The notes below the pieces were generated by a model. It saw only the letters and a list, made by a program, of their open reading frames with translations. It made no database searches and was not told the DNA's origin. A program made the position numbers and the translations under genes. DNA of 59,602 bases, the filler included, from Stramenopiles sp. TOSAG23-6 (lineage: Eukaryota), in NCBI GenBank assembly GCA_900128565.1. It is 10 parts of 10 records of this genome, joined end to end, with 100 filler letters (N's around TTAATTAATTAA, not from the genome) between each part and the next. Parts side by side here need not be neighbours in the genome. Positions count along the whole stretch, not along the records: positions 35,886 to 41,752 come from LT636812.1; positions 41,853 to 47,711 come from LT636813.1; positions 47,812 to 53,657 come from LT636814.1; 7 more parts are not named here. One strand, 5' to 3'. This document shows positions 37,254 through 48,672 of this stretch, piece by piece (within the stretch, counting starts at the first letter, position 1; the number at the start of each line of letters is the position of its first letter).

Positions 37254-38766
37254 ATGACGGATTCAGGCTTTGAGGGTACCACTTCAGCACCTGCCAAAAC
37301 GAATATACCAAAACTCGATGTTGTTGACGTCAACATTAATAACAACAAAGACACAACTCCAACACTCTACAAGTTAGCGCCACTCTTGTGGTCAGAGATA
37401 AAATTACGCCTCAAACCACCTGAAAAGGCAGAAATTAAACGAATTCTAGGGAGTGATAAAATTCGCAGTAATAAAGATTTACACGCTGAAGCTCGAAATC
37501 TATTAGAGATTTTACAAGACTTTCGAAAGCAAAATAATTTAGACAAAAAAAAACTTTCACGGAGAAAACTTCCTCCAAAACCTGCTGGTGAAGAGTTACT
37601 TCGTCGACAAATAATGTTGTTGGTGGATAATTTACACCAAAATCAGCAAGATCTGAGAAATGTGGATAATTTTCATGCTTCCAAATCGAATAATTTTATA
37701 TCGTTACAAACTAGAGAAAAAGATATTTTAAATTATGTAGTTTCTGCAGATGAGCGTTTCTCGGAAACTCTTCATAGTAGTCCTCAAAAGACAAAACAAT
37801 CACATCATCGTTTAAATTTGCATGAAATGCCTTTTGTACAGCGGCCGCATAGCGCAAATGATGAGCTCTTTTTGCGACGCAAAAACAGGAAATCAAAATA
37901 TTCAAATCTACGTCAGAGAGACTCGCTAGGTGATATTTTTTTAAATCAAAAACATGAAAACCGTGAAAAACATAAAGATCGTTTATTATTATCATCCATC
38001 CATCAAAATACACCAAAACATAGTGCACGAAGTGCTCCTGGTATCATGACTGCTGGTGCCTTACTCGGTCCTATGTACGTTTTCATCATCAATTTCAAAT
38101 TTATTTATTTTTTTATAAAAATTTTGTACCTAACAAAAACAATTTGAAAATATTTTCCTAAAATACATGCAGAACAATTTAAATATAGAACGCATAGAAG
38201 CTGTAGCAGAAGCTTTAAGAGGGGCACTGGAGGAAGAAAGTAATCGGCTAGAAAGAGATATTGAGTATATAAGTATGTTATTAGAAGAAGAATCTAATTT
38301 GCAATCTAGTTTTATTGTTGAAACGAAACAAGCACATCCACCAAGTCTTATTGAACTTCGCACTTTGGAGAATAAGTTGCGACATAAATGGTTAAAATCT
38401 GATGACGTCATTAAAAATGAAAATAAATGCCTAAAATCCAATAAAGTTGGTACATCTAGTACACTATTTCAGACACCTTCAGAATTGAATAGATTTTATA
38501 ATAGTAATAATAGTATAGTTAAAGAAACAAATGAAAAAAATGAAAAAAATGAAAAAGGCAGTGAAGAAATAGAAAAAGAAGTTGGGGGTAAGAATACTCA
38601 AAAGAAGGAAGGCCATGTACGTTTTCATCATACATTTTAATCTTCTTTCATAGAAAATTTCGTACCTAACAATTGTTTTTAACCAATTTCTAATTTTAAA
38701 TATTTCTTCACAATAAATGCATCGCGATTTCGTAATTCCATTCTTGAAGCGAAATATATGTCTTGA
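37254..38766 (+). CDS. CCDC24-like coiled-coil protein; exons 37254-38074, 38169-38616, 38719-38766
   Basis: LWSEIK...EIKRILG...LHAEA..L..IL and LNIERIEAVAEALRGALEEE..LERDI...LEEE...PSLIEL resemble the two CCDC24 blocks as I recall them; they join in frame via a GT...AT intron. Confidence 0.75.
38075..38168 (+). mobile_element. Introner-family intron, GT...AT (94 nt)
   Basis: CCT AT|GTACGTTTT...TTTGTACCTAAC...CTAAAATAC-AT|G CAG AAC; using the CAG 4 nt downstream gives a stop within 4 codons. Confidence 0.88.
38617..38718 (+). mobile_element. Introner-family intron, GT...AT (3' end could instead be 38722)
   Basis: CAT|GTACGTTTT...TTTCGTACCTAAC...TTCACAATAA-AT|GCA TCG; no AG nearby. Confidence 0.7.
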
Positions 38767-38991
38767 GCAGTTTTCCACATTTGTATCTTATAGTAAATCA
38801 AAACAGTATATGTATACAAAACTATTCCAAGTTTGTATCTTACAGTAAATCAAATCAGCATTATATACAAAAATAAAGAAGTTATTAAAAGGTTTATTCA
38901 TATTTCATTTCGTGTGCTTTAATTTTTTTTTTGTTTTTTGTCAGGTATAAAAATTATTTAAAAAAAATCAAGCAAATACTGTCTTTCAAAG

Positions 38992-40740
38992 TCATCTTCG
39001 GCCATAGCTGCCAGTGCCCCATATGTCTTGATATGTATGGGAGCGTGGATTCGAATAGTAATTAGTATTGTAATTAGGGTTATTGTAATTAGTATTGTAA
39101 TTTGGGTTATTGTAATTAGGGTTATTGTAATTAGTATTGTAATTTGGGTTATTGTAATTAGTATTGTAATTAGGGTTATTGTAATTACTATTATAAATAG
39201 GTTTACTGTAATTACTATTGTAATTAGGGTTATTGTAATTACTATTGATATATCTATCCTTCGTAGGGTTTTGGTAGATTTCTATCATCCGTGGATCAAA
39301 ATCTGGCATTTCTTTATGCTTAGCTTTTTTGTGTTGTTGAACTGCTTCTTCATTATTACAAGTCTTGTTACAGTATTTGCATTTGAAACTTAGTTTTATA
39401 CCACGTGCTTTCTTTTTAGCTACGAATTGCTCTTTTTCTTCTCGCTTTCTTTTATTCAATGCTTTCTTAGCTTTGTTGTCAGCTGCACGTTGTTCATTTT
39501 CTTCTCGTCTTTTTTTCTTTAATTGTTCCTTTTCCTCTCGCTTTCGTTTATTCAATGCTTTCTTAGCTTTTTTTTCAGCTACTCGTTGTTCGTGTTCTTC
39601 TCGTCTTTTTTTCTTTAATGCTTTCTTTTCAGCTGCTTCTTGTTGACGTTGTTCTTTCGCTTTTTTCTTTCTAGCGGCATAGGCTTCTTGTCTTTTTTCA
39701 ACCACTCCTGGAATTTCTTCATACTGAATGTTTTCATAACTCGCATTCCAAATATCATCCGGCACCCCAGGCCAATCACTAACAAGACCAACATCTAGAC
39801 CCCCACAATCATCATATTCTTTATCTACTTCTTTATCCAAGATAACAGTACAAAATCCTATAGTAATTTCTACATCATCATCAACTTCACTGAGACACTT
39901 AGGAAAAATATTAGTGCTACCGCCATCTTCAAGATGTTCTACATTAGTTAGAATTTCTTCAAAACGTTTGCTTTCTTCTGCTGTGAAGCAACCACGATTC
40001 TTCTCTAAATATAAACGCTCTACTTCAGGTGCTATGATTTTCATGGAAATATCCGGTGAGGTAAAAACACCTAATAATTTTATATCAGCATTATTCTTAT
40101 CATTACCCCAATAATATTGGTTCCCACGATAGAAAACATGAAGCTTTGATACAGTAGTGCACAAAAAACTATGGATAATTCCAAAAACACCCATTGAACC
40201 ATCACCACCTGATTGATAAAGGTTCCACAAGGCTTGTTTTTGACGACTAAGTTCTATTGATTCATCTTTTCCTCGAGCTTGAACGCAGCATTTAAGGAAA
40301 ATTCTAAAAGCTTTCTTTCCGTCTGACAACTCCTCCAAAATTTCGGGGGTGAAACACTTATCATCACCAAACAACAACTCACGACTTCTATTGTAGGTAA
40401 GAGATGACGATTCTGAAAGTAATGGCACTTGTTGGTGGTACAGCTTGTCAACTTGTACAATATTTATCGAAATCATTATACCTTCAATAGGATCATCATC
40501 ATCGATTTGATACATAATTCGATGCGACTCCGCAATTGGTGCCTCACTTGACAGAAATTCCTCTGAAATATCTTTCTTACCAAGTGGAGCTTCTTCTACC
40601 TCACTATTTGCTATGAAGGCTTTTCGAGCACATGCAATTGCTTTCTCTTTAGTAGAAAACACTCCTTCAAGAGCTGGACCATAGTCCGATTCAATTGCTG
40701 GTATCACAGACGTAACTACGTATACACACGGGTTTGACAT
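38992..40740 (-). CDS. Unknown protein with charged coiled coil, one C2H2 zinc finger and a (NYNNP/NYNT)n low-complexity tail
   Basis: FKCKYCNKTCNNEEAVQQHKKAKH; first ATG at 40740; no introns. Confidence 0.75.
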   Translation of the reverse strand: MSNPCVYVVTSVIPAIESDYGPALEGVFSTKEKAIACARKAFIANSEVEEAPLGKKDISEEFLSSEAPIAESHRIMYQIDDDDPIEGIMISINIVQVDKLYHQQVPLLSESSSLTYNRSRELLFGDDKCFTPEILEELSDGKKAFRIFLKCCVQARGKDESIELSRQKQALWNLYQSGGDGSMGVFGIIHSFLCTTVSKLHVFYRGNQYYWGNDKNNADIKLLGVFTSPDISMKIIAPEVERLYLEKNRGCFTAEESKRFEEILTNVEHLEDGGSTNIFPKCLSEVDDDVEITIGFCTVILDKEVDKEYDDCGGLDVGLVSDWPGVPDDIWNASYENIQYEEIPGVVEKRQEAYAARKKKAKEQRQQEAAEKKALKKKRREEHEQRVAEKKAKKALNKRKREEKEQLKKKRREENEQRAADNKAKKALNKRKREEKEQFVAKKKARGIKLSFKCKYCNKTCNNEEAVQQHKKAKHKEMPDFDPRMIEIYQNPTKDRYINSNYNNPNYNSNYSKPIYNSNYNNPNYNTNYNNPNYNTNYNNPNYNNPNYNTNYNNPNYNTNYYSNPRSHTYQDIWGTGSYGRR

Positions 40741-41025
40741 TGTTACGTCGAAGACAATTTTAAGTCTTTGTGTGTTTGAACAACATGACACACAATGTCA
40801 TAAAACTGATGTCAACATGTGAACTCTGACTGGCAGCCTGCGCGACTGCAGACAATCTCAAGAAAAATTGACAGGTTTGTCGGATTCAGTTACATTAATT
40901 TTGGGAATTTTCTGTTGGACATTTTTGATGAGAATCTCCGACAGTAGTAGTAACGCCTTTGGTTAACTTTACCAGAGGGAAGTGTAGGGCAAAATTTGCG
41001 ACGTTTTATCGTCTTGACATTCGTA

Positions 41026-41700
41026 ATGTTCAAGAGAAAAAAGAGTAAAAAGCAAGAGGTCCAAGACACGGATGTTGTTGCTAAAGCCAGTGAAGGTGAT
41101 AGTGCACCAGTCGTCAACGTCCAAGAAATAGAAAACCTTGCTAGTGTCGATAAAGATGATAGTGTCAATAAAGACGATAGTGTCGATAAAGTTGATAGTA
41201 TCAAGGAAGATGCTACTGTCGATAAAGATGCTAGTGTCAATGAAGATGCAACCATCGATAAAGATGCTACTGTAAATGAAGATACTACCATCGATAAAGA
41301 TGCTAGCGTATCTGCCAGTGAAGAAAAACACGAAGAAAGTTTTATCGAAAAAATAGCGGGCGAAACAGCTGAATTTGTGAATAAAGAGATGGAAATTGCT
41401 GGTGAAGTTGTTTCTGAGACATCAGCCCAAGTCACTGAAGGAATTCATCAGATTCAAGCCGAAATAGATAAGAAAATACAAGAACGAAATCTTGAGCAGA
41501 AGGAAAATGATCTAAAAAAAGATCTTCAGGAAAAAATGGACGAACTGGAAAAATTGAATCTAGAAAAAACTGCTTTACTTAACAAAGAGATTGCACAAGA
41601 TGAAGAATTATGTGAAGTTTTAGAAGAGGATGAAAAACAATTAGAAGACAAACACAGACAAGAAATCTTAGATTGGAAAGAAAAGCATCCAGTGACTAAT
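41026..41700 (+). CDS. Acidic coiled-coil protein with 6-aa (DASVDK-type) repeats, first exon
   Basis: Open frame with 18-nt repeats at about 41140-41310; interrupted at AAT|GTATGTTTT (element 41701-41752, truncated). Confidence 0.6.
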
Positions 41701-41909
41701 GTATGTTTTATTTTTTTTCAAATTCGATTTTTTTTCGTACGAAATTTTGTACNNNNNNNNNNNNNNNNNNNNNNNNNNNNNNNNNNNNNNNNNNNNTTAA
41801 TTAATTAANNNNNNNNNNNNNNNNNNNNNNNNNNNNNNNNNNNNNNNNNNNNAGGTACGAAATTTCGTATGAAAAAAAAAATTAAATTAGAAATTCATAT
41901 AAAACATAC

Positions 41910-42553
41910 ATTGGTGGAGTAAATGTTGATCTTGATTCACACATTTTACTAGTATTTCTTGTCTCTACAACTGTGTGTACATCATCAGCACTTGAAGTTT
42001 TATCAACTAGTGTATAAGTCTGTGTTTCACTACACTTTTTTTTATGCATAGGAGGTGGGAAATTATGCGTTTTTTTATGCATAGGAGGTGGGAAATTATG
42101 CGTCTTTTTATGCATAGGAGGTGGGAAATTATGCGTTTTAGATATCACACGATGTGTTTTTTCAACATGTACAGCCACATATGGCACATGTTCATTTGTT
42201 TTCGTTGTTGGAACATTCAAAAAACGTTTTGTGTGTAGTTCGTTGGAAAGACCGACTCTTTCTTTTGGAAGAGAGTGAACAGTTTTTGATCTGGAAGAGT
42301 TATTTGTAGGTTCGCGTGTCAAAGGTGACAGCCATAATGGATTTGATGTATCTGTCAGTGGCATGCGTTCCAGTTTATCTGCATTCATGATAGCCATTTC
42401 ATTTTTGCGTTGCTTTTTCAAACTCTTCATACCTTTCTTATCTTCACCGCGTGTATTTTTGACATCAACAAGACAGCGTTTCGAACGTCGACGAATTTTT
42501 GGAGTAGACTTAATGGAAGCATCTTCCCAAATTTCTAAATTCTTTTGATCCAT
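41910..42553 (-). CDS. Unknown basic protein, first exon, with three KTHNFPPPMHK 33-nt repeats
   Basis: ATG ORF interrupted at CCA AT|GTATGTTTT (element 41853-41909, truncated). Confidence 0.55.
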
Positions 42554-42969
42554 CGTGAATATGTATTATGATTATTACGGAATTGGACACAGCTATGTCA
42601 ATTGATAATATTATTATTCTGAATGACGAACAAACACACTCTGAGTTTCTGAGTTTCTGACCAAACACCAGTGCCACCTCCTAACTTTTGATTTTTTTGA
42701 TTGGATTTTCTTATCTTGCTGTCATTTTTTGATGTTTTTGGCCATCAATTCAATATTGACCAGTCACAAGTGACCAAAAAACTTTGAAAAAGTATCACAC
42801 CACACACCCACGGACAGATAATAAAGTTTCATTTTGTTTTCTTATAGACTTTTACTCAAGCGGCTCAACATCACACACGACACGGTGTGAAATGTATTTT
42901 CAGAAAGGACGTATAATTGTTATCCTTCGGTAACTCCAGATATTTATTTTTTCTTACATTTAGGTTGGG

Positions 42970-44304
42970 ATGTTTTCTCTTTTGTCGTTTAGTAATCGTA
43001 TATCTAGTCGCTTTTTACGTGGTCGCTGTGCTCATTTATCAGGTTTGGTGGAAGGTATAGTGATTCAACAGGACGAATTTAAAGAGATACGACAAGGTCT
43101 TCACCGTGAGCCAGAACTTGGTTTTGAAGAATACAATACTGCATCTCTTGTCGCTAGTAAGTTGAAATCATGGGGCATTGAAGTTACATCAGGTATTGGA
43201 CGTACTGGTGTTGTCGGTACGTTACGTGGTCGAAAAGAATGTACTTCTTCCATAGGTCTCCGCGCAGATATGGATGCATTGCCCATTTCTGAAGAGACTG
43301 GTACATCCTATATATCTTCAAACCCAGGTGTGCACCATGCTTGTGGACACGATGGTCACACAACAATGTTATTAGGCGCAGCAAAGTATCTTGCAGAAAC
43401 TCGAAACTTTCGTGGGACAGTTAACTTTATATTCCAACCAAACGAAGAAGGTGTACATTGGCCAGCGGATATGTCTCCTGAAGATGGGAGTGGAGCACCT
43501 CTAATGTTGAAAGATAATCTTTTTGATAGATTCCCATGTGACCAAATATATGGTATCCATAATTGGCCAACACTTCCTTTTGGTCATGTTGGTATTAAAT
43601 CTGGTCCTTTAATGGGTTCAGAAGATAATTTTATTGTTTCCGTTAGTGGCGAGTCTTCACATGCAGCAATACCGAATCTTGCAGTAGATCCTTTAATTTC
43701 TGCCTGTCATATTGTTACTGCATTACAAACAATTGTTTCACGTAATGCTGATCCTGATGATGGTGCAGTACTTTCTGTCACACAATTTAATGCACCAGCA
43801 TTAGATAGTAGTGATGGATCTTTTAATATTATTCCTGATAGAGTTGAGTTTCGTGGAACTATTCGATGTTTCAAACCAGAAACTCGTAATTTACTCATTC
43901 AACGTATGAAAGATATTTCAAAAGGAATATCTGATTCATTTGGGACTAATGTAAAAATAAAAGTTCTCAATGGAAATCCTGCAACTATCAATGATAAAGA
44001 ATCTTCTATTAATGCATGCAAAGTGGCTACATCTGTTGTTGGTGCTAAACAAGTGATCAGTCCAACACCGACTTCAGCCTCGGAAGATTTTGCATTTATG
44101 CTGAACGAAAGACCTGGTTGTTATATTTGGATTGGTTCTAATGAAGAAGAAAATGAAGCTACAACACTATTTGAATGTCCATCTTTCAGTAAAAAAAAAC
44201 CATCATATCCATTACATCATCCTAAATATGATTTCAATGATAATATAATACCTATTGGTTCAAGTATATTTGTTAGACTTGTTGAAACATTACAAACTTT
44301 ATAA
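42970..44304 (+). CDS. M20D amidohydrolase (hippurate hydrolase/ILR1-like) with putative mitochondrial leader
   Basis: LHREPELGFEE, LRADMDALP, HACGHDGHT, FQPNEEG, SEDF and LHHPKYDFND. Confidence 0.93.
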   Translation: MFSLLSFSNRISSRFLRGRCAHLSGLVEGIVIQQDEFKEIRQGLHREPELGFEEYNTASLVASKLKSWGIEVTSGIGRTGVVGTLRGRKECTSSIGLRADMDALPISEETGTSYISSNPGVHHACGHDGHTTMLLGAAKYLAETRNFRGTVNFIFQPNEEGVHWPADMSPEDGSGAPLMLKDNLFDRFPCDQIYGIHNWPTLPFGHVGIKSGPLMGSEDNFIVSVSGESSHAAIPNLAVDPLISACHIVTALQTIVSRNADPDDGAVLSVTQFNAPALDSSDGSFNIIPDRVEFRGTIRCFKPETRNLLIQRMKDISKGISDSFGTNVKIKVLNGNPATINDKESSINACKVATSVVGAKQVISPTPTSASEDFAFMLNERPGCYIWIGSNEEENEATTLFECPSFSKKKPSYPLHHPKYDFNDNIIPIGSSIFVRLVETLQTL

Positions 44305-44375
44305 CAAAATATGCGGATATAAATATAAAAAGAATTTATTTGATATTTTGTTTATGTATAACTACCTTTTTGCCA

Positions 44376-45491
44376 TTATAAATCAGCAAAAAAACCTGCC
44401 ATGGAATTTGGTCGAAGTTTCTTTGCGTCTTTTGGTTTCAGTTTCTTTTTCATCATGCGTTTACGACCCTTTCCTACACCAGCATCAGAATCAGAATCAG
44501 AATCAAAATCAGAATCAGCTGATTTGTTGACTACTTCTGTTGAAGCTACTATAGTATCATCTTCTTCATCACTTTCTTTATCAAAAAACATAGAAACATC
44601 CCAAAGTTTAATAATATTATCATGAGAGCAGCTAGCAATAGTGCGTTGATCACGAGAAAACTCCAATTGTTCTACAGGAAAATCATCATGAGCACCAACC
44701 ACTCCAATTAATCTATTTGGTTGTACACTGACGGCACGAATAATTCCATCACTGCTTCCAGTGATAAGTGTGTCCTCATCAATCTTTAATAATGCTTCTA
44801 TTGACTGTGGGTGACCTGGAAAACCATCAGATCTATCTGACCAATCACCATAGCTAAATATTACAAGAACTCCACCTTGAGTACCACAAACGACCTTTTT
44901 ACCATTTTTGATAAGTTGCAACGAGAGCAATTCATCTTCCTGATCATCAGAACGGTATTCTACCTTTCCTTTCTTTAAGTTAAAAACACTCAAGCATCCA
45001 TCACCAGAAGTGTAAAGGAGTTGATTCTTTGCAGCTGCACCATAACACATATCTGATATATAATCTGTTGATATAGTAGACGTATGTGTACATTCTCTTG
45101 TGCGATTGTCCCATATTTTCACGCATCCATTTTCATCGCCAGTAGCAAGAGTATTTTGATGATTTTCAGGTAAAGAAAAAACTATATTGATAGCAGAATC
45201 GTGGGCCTTTTCCTTTCGCCAAACACATTTTCCAGTACTTGCGTCAGTTGCAGCGACGGAACAATCGGATGAACCAGTAAAAATTATAGACCCATCATCA
45301 GAATATGCTAGACTACGACAAGCACCAGTATGTTGATTAAATGATAATTGCTCTTTGCAACTCTCACTGCTGTAACTACAGACTTTAACTTCACCAGTAA
45401 TTAGAGATGCAGCAACTAAATCTTTATTTGGTGCAAAGGAAACACTCATTGGCTGAGAATCAAACTTTAAAGGCGGGAGAGGGCATTCCAT
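44376..45491 (-). CDS. WDR55: WD40 repeat protein WDR55/Jip5-like
   Basis: WD repeats, SDDQEDELLS, KKVVCGTQGG, FPGHPQSI, an acidic tail and terminal FFADL. Confidence 0.85.
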   Translation of the reverse strand: MECPLPPLKFDSQPMSVSFAPNKDLVAASLITGEVKVCSYSSESCKEQLSFNQHTGACRSLAYSDDGSIIFTGSSDCSVAATDASTGKCVWRKEKAHDSAINIVFSLPENHQNTLATGDENGCVKIWDNRTRECTHTSTISTDYISDMCYGAAAKNQLLYTSGDGCLSVFNLKKGKVEYRSDDQEDELLSLQLIKNGKKVVCGTQGGVLVIFSYGDWSDRSDGFPGHPQSIEALLKIDEDTLITGSSDGIIRAVSVQPNRLIGVVGAHDDFPVEQLEFSRDQRTIASCSHDNIIKLWDVSMFFDKESDEEDDTIVASTEVVNKSADSDFDSDSDSDAGVGKGRKRMMKKKLKPKDAKKLRPNSMAGFFADL

Positions 45492-45761
45492 TATACTGTA
45501 ATATTTGAATAGTTCTTATCTCTCTGGTTTATATTCAATATAGCGAATACCGTTATAATTTAGCTTTGGTAAGTACTTAGTTAGTATGTCCAACTATATA
45601 CTACTACGATATTCTGTATATAAACGGTGTTCCAACAGNTGTGNANTTGNTTTTTGCACTNAACNAAAAACGGGTACCCGGCAACAACATTTATTCAAAT
45701 ACAAATACAAAATACACAAAATACAAAATACTTTATAATTAATGTTGTGGCGAATTAATCT

Positions 45762-47054
45762 CTATTGTATTACAAAATCTGATAGTTCTATATTAATCTC
45801 AGTAAGATTTTTTGTTTCATGACTAGATATATCATCTGTACGACAAGAAAGGCATTCTTCATTCATTTTCAATTCCTTTACTTTACGAGCTATTTTTTTC
45901 CAATTCATTTGTAGAAAAATAACAATAAAACCAATACCAACAAAAGCATATCCAATAATAAGACCCCACCATAAACCAAGTAATCCTCCCGTTTTATTTT
46001 CTGTTTCATACCCAGTAATACTTGCTAGCTGAATACTATGCCAGAGTCCTTTGGAGAATGCAAATGCAAAGCCTAATGGTAAACCAATTATCCAATTCCC
46101 TACAATGACAAGTACAGCTCCACTACATTGCATACCACAACCTCGAGCAATACCTTGACAAGCGCATTGGAAATAGTCTAGAATGATAAATATACACACA
46201 CCTGATGTAACATTTTTTGCAACATCAATCACAAAAGCATCTTTTGTGAAAATACTAAATATATCAATTGAATTTGTATATATTATTGTTGATGTACAAA
46301 TAGATAGTATTATACAAATAATTACAGATAATATTGCTATTGATGCCGCATAAGTAGCACAACCTTCTCCAAGCAAATTTCCAATGCGTACACTTGTTGC
46401 AGTTCCAATACCTAAAGGTATCATAAAAGCTAAAGGAACGACATTTGCAAATATTGTATGTGCAGCTAAAGAAGTAGTACTCATAATACCAGCACCAAGA
46501 GCCATACATTCAAATGACCACCACTCCAATGCAAGCATTAACATACCTGGGAATGCCAATTTAAGATAGTCTTTGATATAAAACCAAATAAACACTTCTT
46601 TCCAAGGATTTGTTTGTTGAAATTTATCTTTGTTACTATTTCTCCTAATATCTTTACCTACATTATTATTATCTGTAAGAGTGTCTTTACCTAAATCATT
46701 ATCTGTAAGAGTGTCTTCCTCATCACTTATATTTATATTGTTATTTATAACATCAGTATATTGTATATTTACATTGCTATTTATAACATCAGTATATTTT
46801 AAAATACGACAAACACAATTATTTTCCGAGCAAAAAGGAATCAGTGAAATAAATGAAGGAAATGAATTGGGTTCATGAGGAGAGTATTTTACCATATATA
46901 CAATTAGTAATAAAAGATTAATCCAATATGTGATTACATTTGTCACTGCTGCTGATATAAAACCAATATTATCTAAAGTTGTAGTAGGTTCTGTATCATC
47001 ATGAATTAGAGTATAACATAGAACAAAGTGAATGGGTAAAGTAAATAAACTAAC
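45762..47054 (-). CDS. MATE-family efflux transporter, C-terminal portion
   Basis: YLKLAFPGMLMLALEWWSFE, SVRIGNLLGEG, QGIARGCGMQ and GLLGLWWG; the N-terminal TM helices are absent. Confidence 0.88.
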   Translation of the reverse strand, partial: VSLFTLPIHFVLCYTLIHDDTEPTTTLDNIGFISAAVTNVITYWINLLLLIVYMVKYSPHEPNSFPSFISLIPFCSENNCVCRILKYTDVINSNVNIQYTDVINNNINISDEEDTLTDNDLGKDTLTDNNNVGKDIRRNSNKDKFQQTNPWKEVFIWFYIKDYLKLAFPGMLMLALEWWSFECMALGAGIMSTTSLAAHTIFANVVPLAFMIPLGIGTATSVRIGNLLGEGCATYAASIAILSVIICIILSICTSTIIYTNSIDIFSIFTKDAFVIDVAKNVTSGVCIFIILDYFQCACQGIARGCGMQCSGAVLVIVGNWIIGLPLGFAFAFSKGLWHSIQLASITGYETENKTGGLLGLWWGLIIGYAFVGIGFIVIFLQMNWKKIARKVKELKMNEECLSCRTDDISSHETKNLTEINIELSDFVIQ

Positions 47055-47146
47055 ATGTATTTTGGAAAAATATTTCAAAAAAAAATCGTTAGGTACAAAA
47101 TTTAGTACGAAAAATAAATTAGAAATTGAAAAAAAATAAAACATAC
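47055..47146 (-). mobile_element. Introner-family intron, GT...AT (92 nt), joining seemingly unrelated coding sequences
   Basis: GTG GAT|GTATGTTTT...TTTTGTACCTAAC...CCAAAATAC-AT|GTT AGT. Confidence 0.85.
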
Positions 47147-47692
47147 ATCCACTCGTACAAAATCCATCGAAGTAGAAGAAATAATATTTTGAATTTTTCT
47201 CCGAACAGATTTGTTTCGCCTCGAACCAATCGTTGATTTACTCTTATTTCCACAACGTTTGCTGAAAGTAGGTACAGCAGGTTTTAATGGTGGTCTACCA
47301 CCTCTTCTTTGCCGTCCATGTTGCTTTACACCAAGTGCCTTTATAGATTTTACAATTTGGATTTGACCTTTAGTCTGAGATTCGGCAATTGTCGAAAGTT
47401 TCTTATTGGTAATTTTTGCACGCTTTGCAGCTACCTCCTGTCCTGCTTTCAATTCTTCGACTTCTCGGAGTAATCGACGCACTGCCGCACCAATATTGGA
47501 ATTATTTGTAAGTAGTTCTAAATCTTTTTCAATGCTTATAAGCGATTGCGAAGTTTTTTCCACATTTTTTTCACGAGTTGTTTTGGATTTTTTATGTTTC
47601 TTTTTATGCATTGGTACTCGTAATGCACCACGACCTTTTGACTTGAAAATAAGACCTTGGCATTTTTGTCCTTCTTTTGTGGTTTTCTTCAT
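47147..47692 (-). CDS. Unknown lysine/arginine-rich protein segment
   Basis: Open frame ending at an element donor site. Confidence 0.5.
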
Positions 47693-47841
47693 ATTTGATT
47701 TTCGATTTACTNNNNNNNNNNNNNNNNNNNNNNNNNNNNNNNNNNNNNNNNNNNNTTAATTAATTAANNNNNNNNNNNNNNNNNNNNNNNNNNNNNNNNN
47801 NNNNNNNNNNNTTTTTTTTGAAATATTTTTCCAAAATACAA

Positions 47842-48367
47842 ATCTCATTGGGATTTTCATAAACCCTACTGTTGTACATCTGTAACCTTGGATTCATTAG
47901 ATAAATATGAACATCGGGGTCGCACAGGACTAAATAACTTGGGGAATACGTGTTTTATGAATTCGACTATACAATGTCTAAGTCATGCTTTACCCATTAC
48001 TCGATATTTTTTGAGCGATGCATTTCGTGATGAATTAAATAGAGAAAATAATTTAAATGGAACTGCGGGAATTCTTGCAGTTCAATACGCAAAACTAATC
48101 AAATCTCTCTGGTTAGGAAATAATGTGACGGTTGCACCTCGAAATTTGAAACAAGCATTAGCTAAATTTGCCCCACGATTTTCTGGATATTTACAACATG
48201 ATTCACAAGAATTACTTGTTTTTCTCTTAGATGGTTTGCATGAGGATTTAAATCAAGTGAGTAATAAACAATATGTGGAACTTCGGGATGATGAAGGTCG
48301 ACCAGATGTTGTTGTAGCTGAAGAAAGTCTGAGAAATCATCGTCAACGAAATATTTCAGTGATTGAT
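47842..48367 (+). CDS. USP deubiquitinase exon (redundant copy of 51938-52463)
   Basis: GLNNLGNTCFMNS Cys box and QHDSQELL..LLDGLHEDLN. Confidence 0.85.
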
Positions 48368-48422
48368 GAACGTTTTATTTTTTTTTACAAAAAAATCGAA
48401 TTTGAAAAAAAATAAAACATAC

Positions 48423-48645
48423 ATTTGACAACTTTTTGAGCAAGTTTGACTGTTATTGCGGCACCATCCTCGCATACTGCGTCCATGTCTGAAACAAGCT
48501 TTTCCATCTTATTTTCCATATCCTCTACATTATGCTTCATCTTTCGAATGGTGTCCGTCGCAGCTATGAACTTGCTGTAATTTTCGTGCACTAGCATCTT
48601 CATGTCACTATCGATAGTTTTAATCTCTCGGACAAATCTGCACAT
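48423..48645 (-). CDS. VPS51: Vps51 (GARP subunit) N-terminal exon fragment (copy at 52519-52741)
   Basis: EIKTIDSDMKMLVHENYSKFIAATDTIRKMK is the Vps51 N-terminal signature; it ends at an element donor at 48422. Confidence 0.7.
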
Positions 48646-48672
48646 AAATTCACTTCAGATAGGCTTAAAGGT

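Noticed and set aside
1097-45491. Alternative genetic code or stop read-through to explain broken ORFs
   Set aside because: Long intronless genes read and terminate normally, and the breaks coincide with introns.
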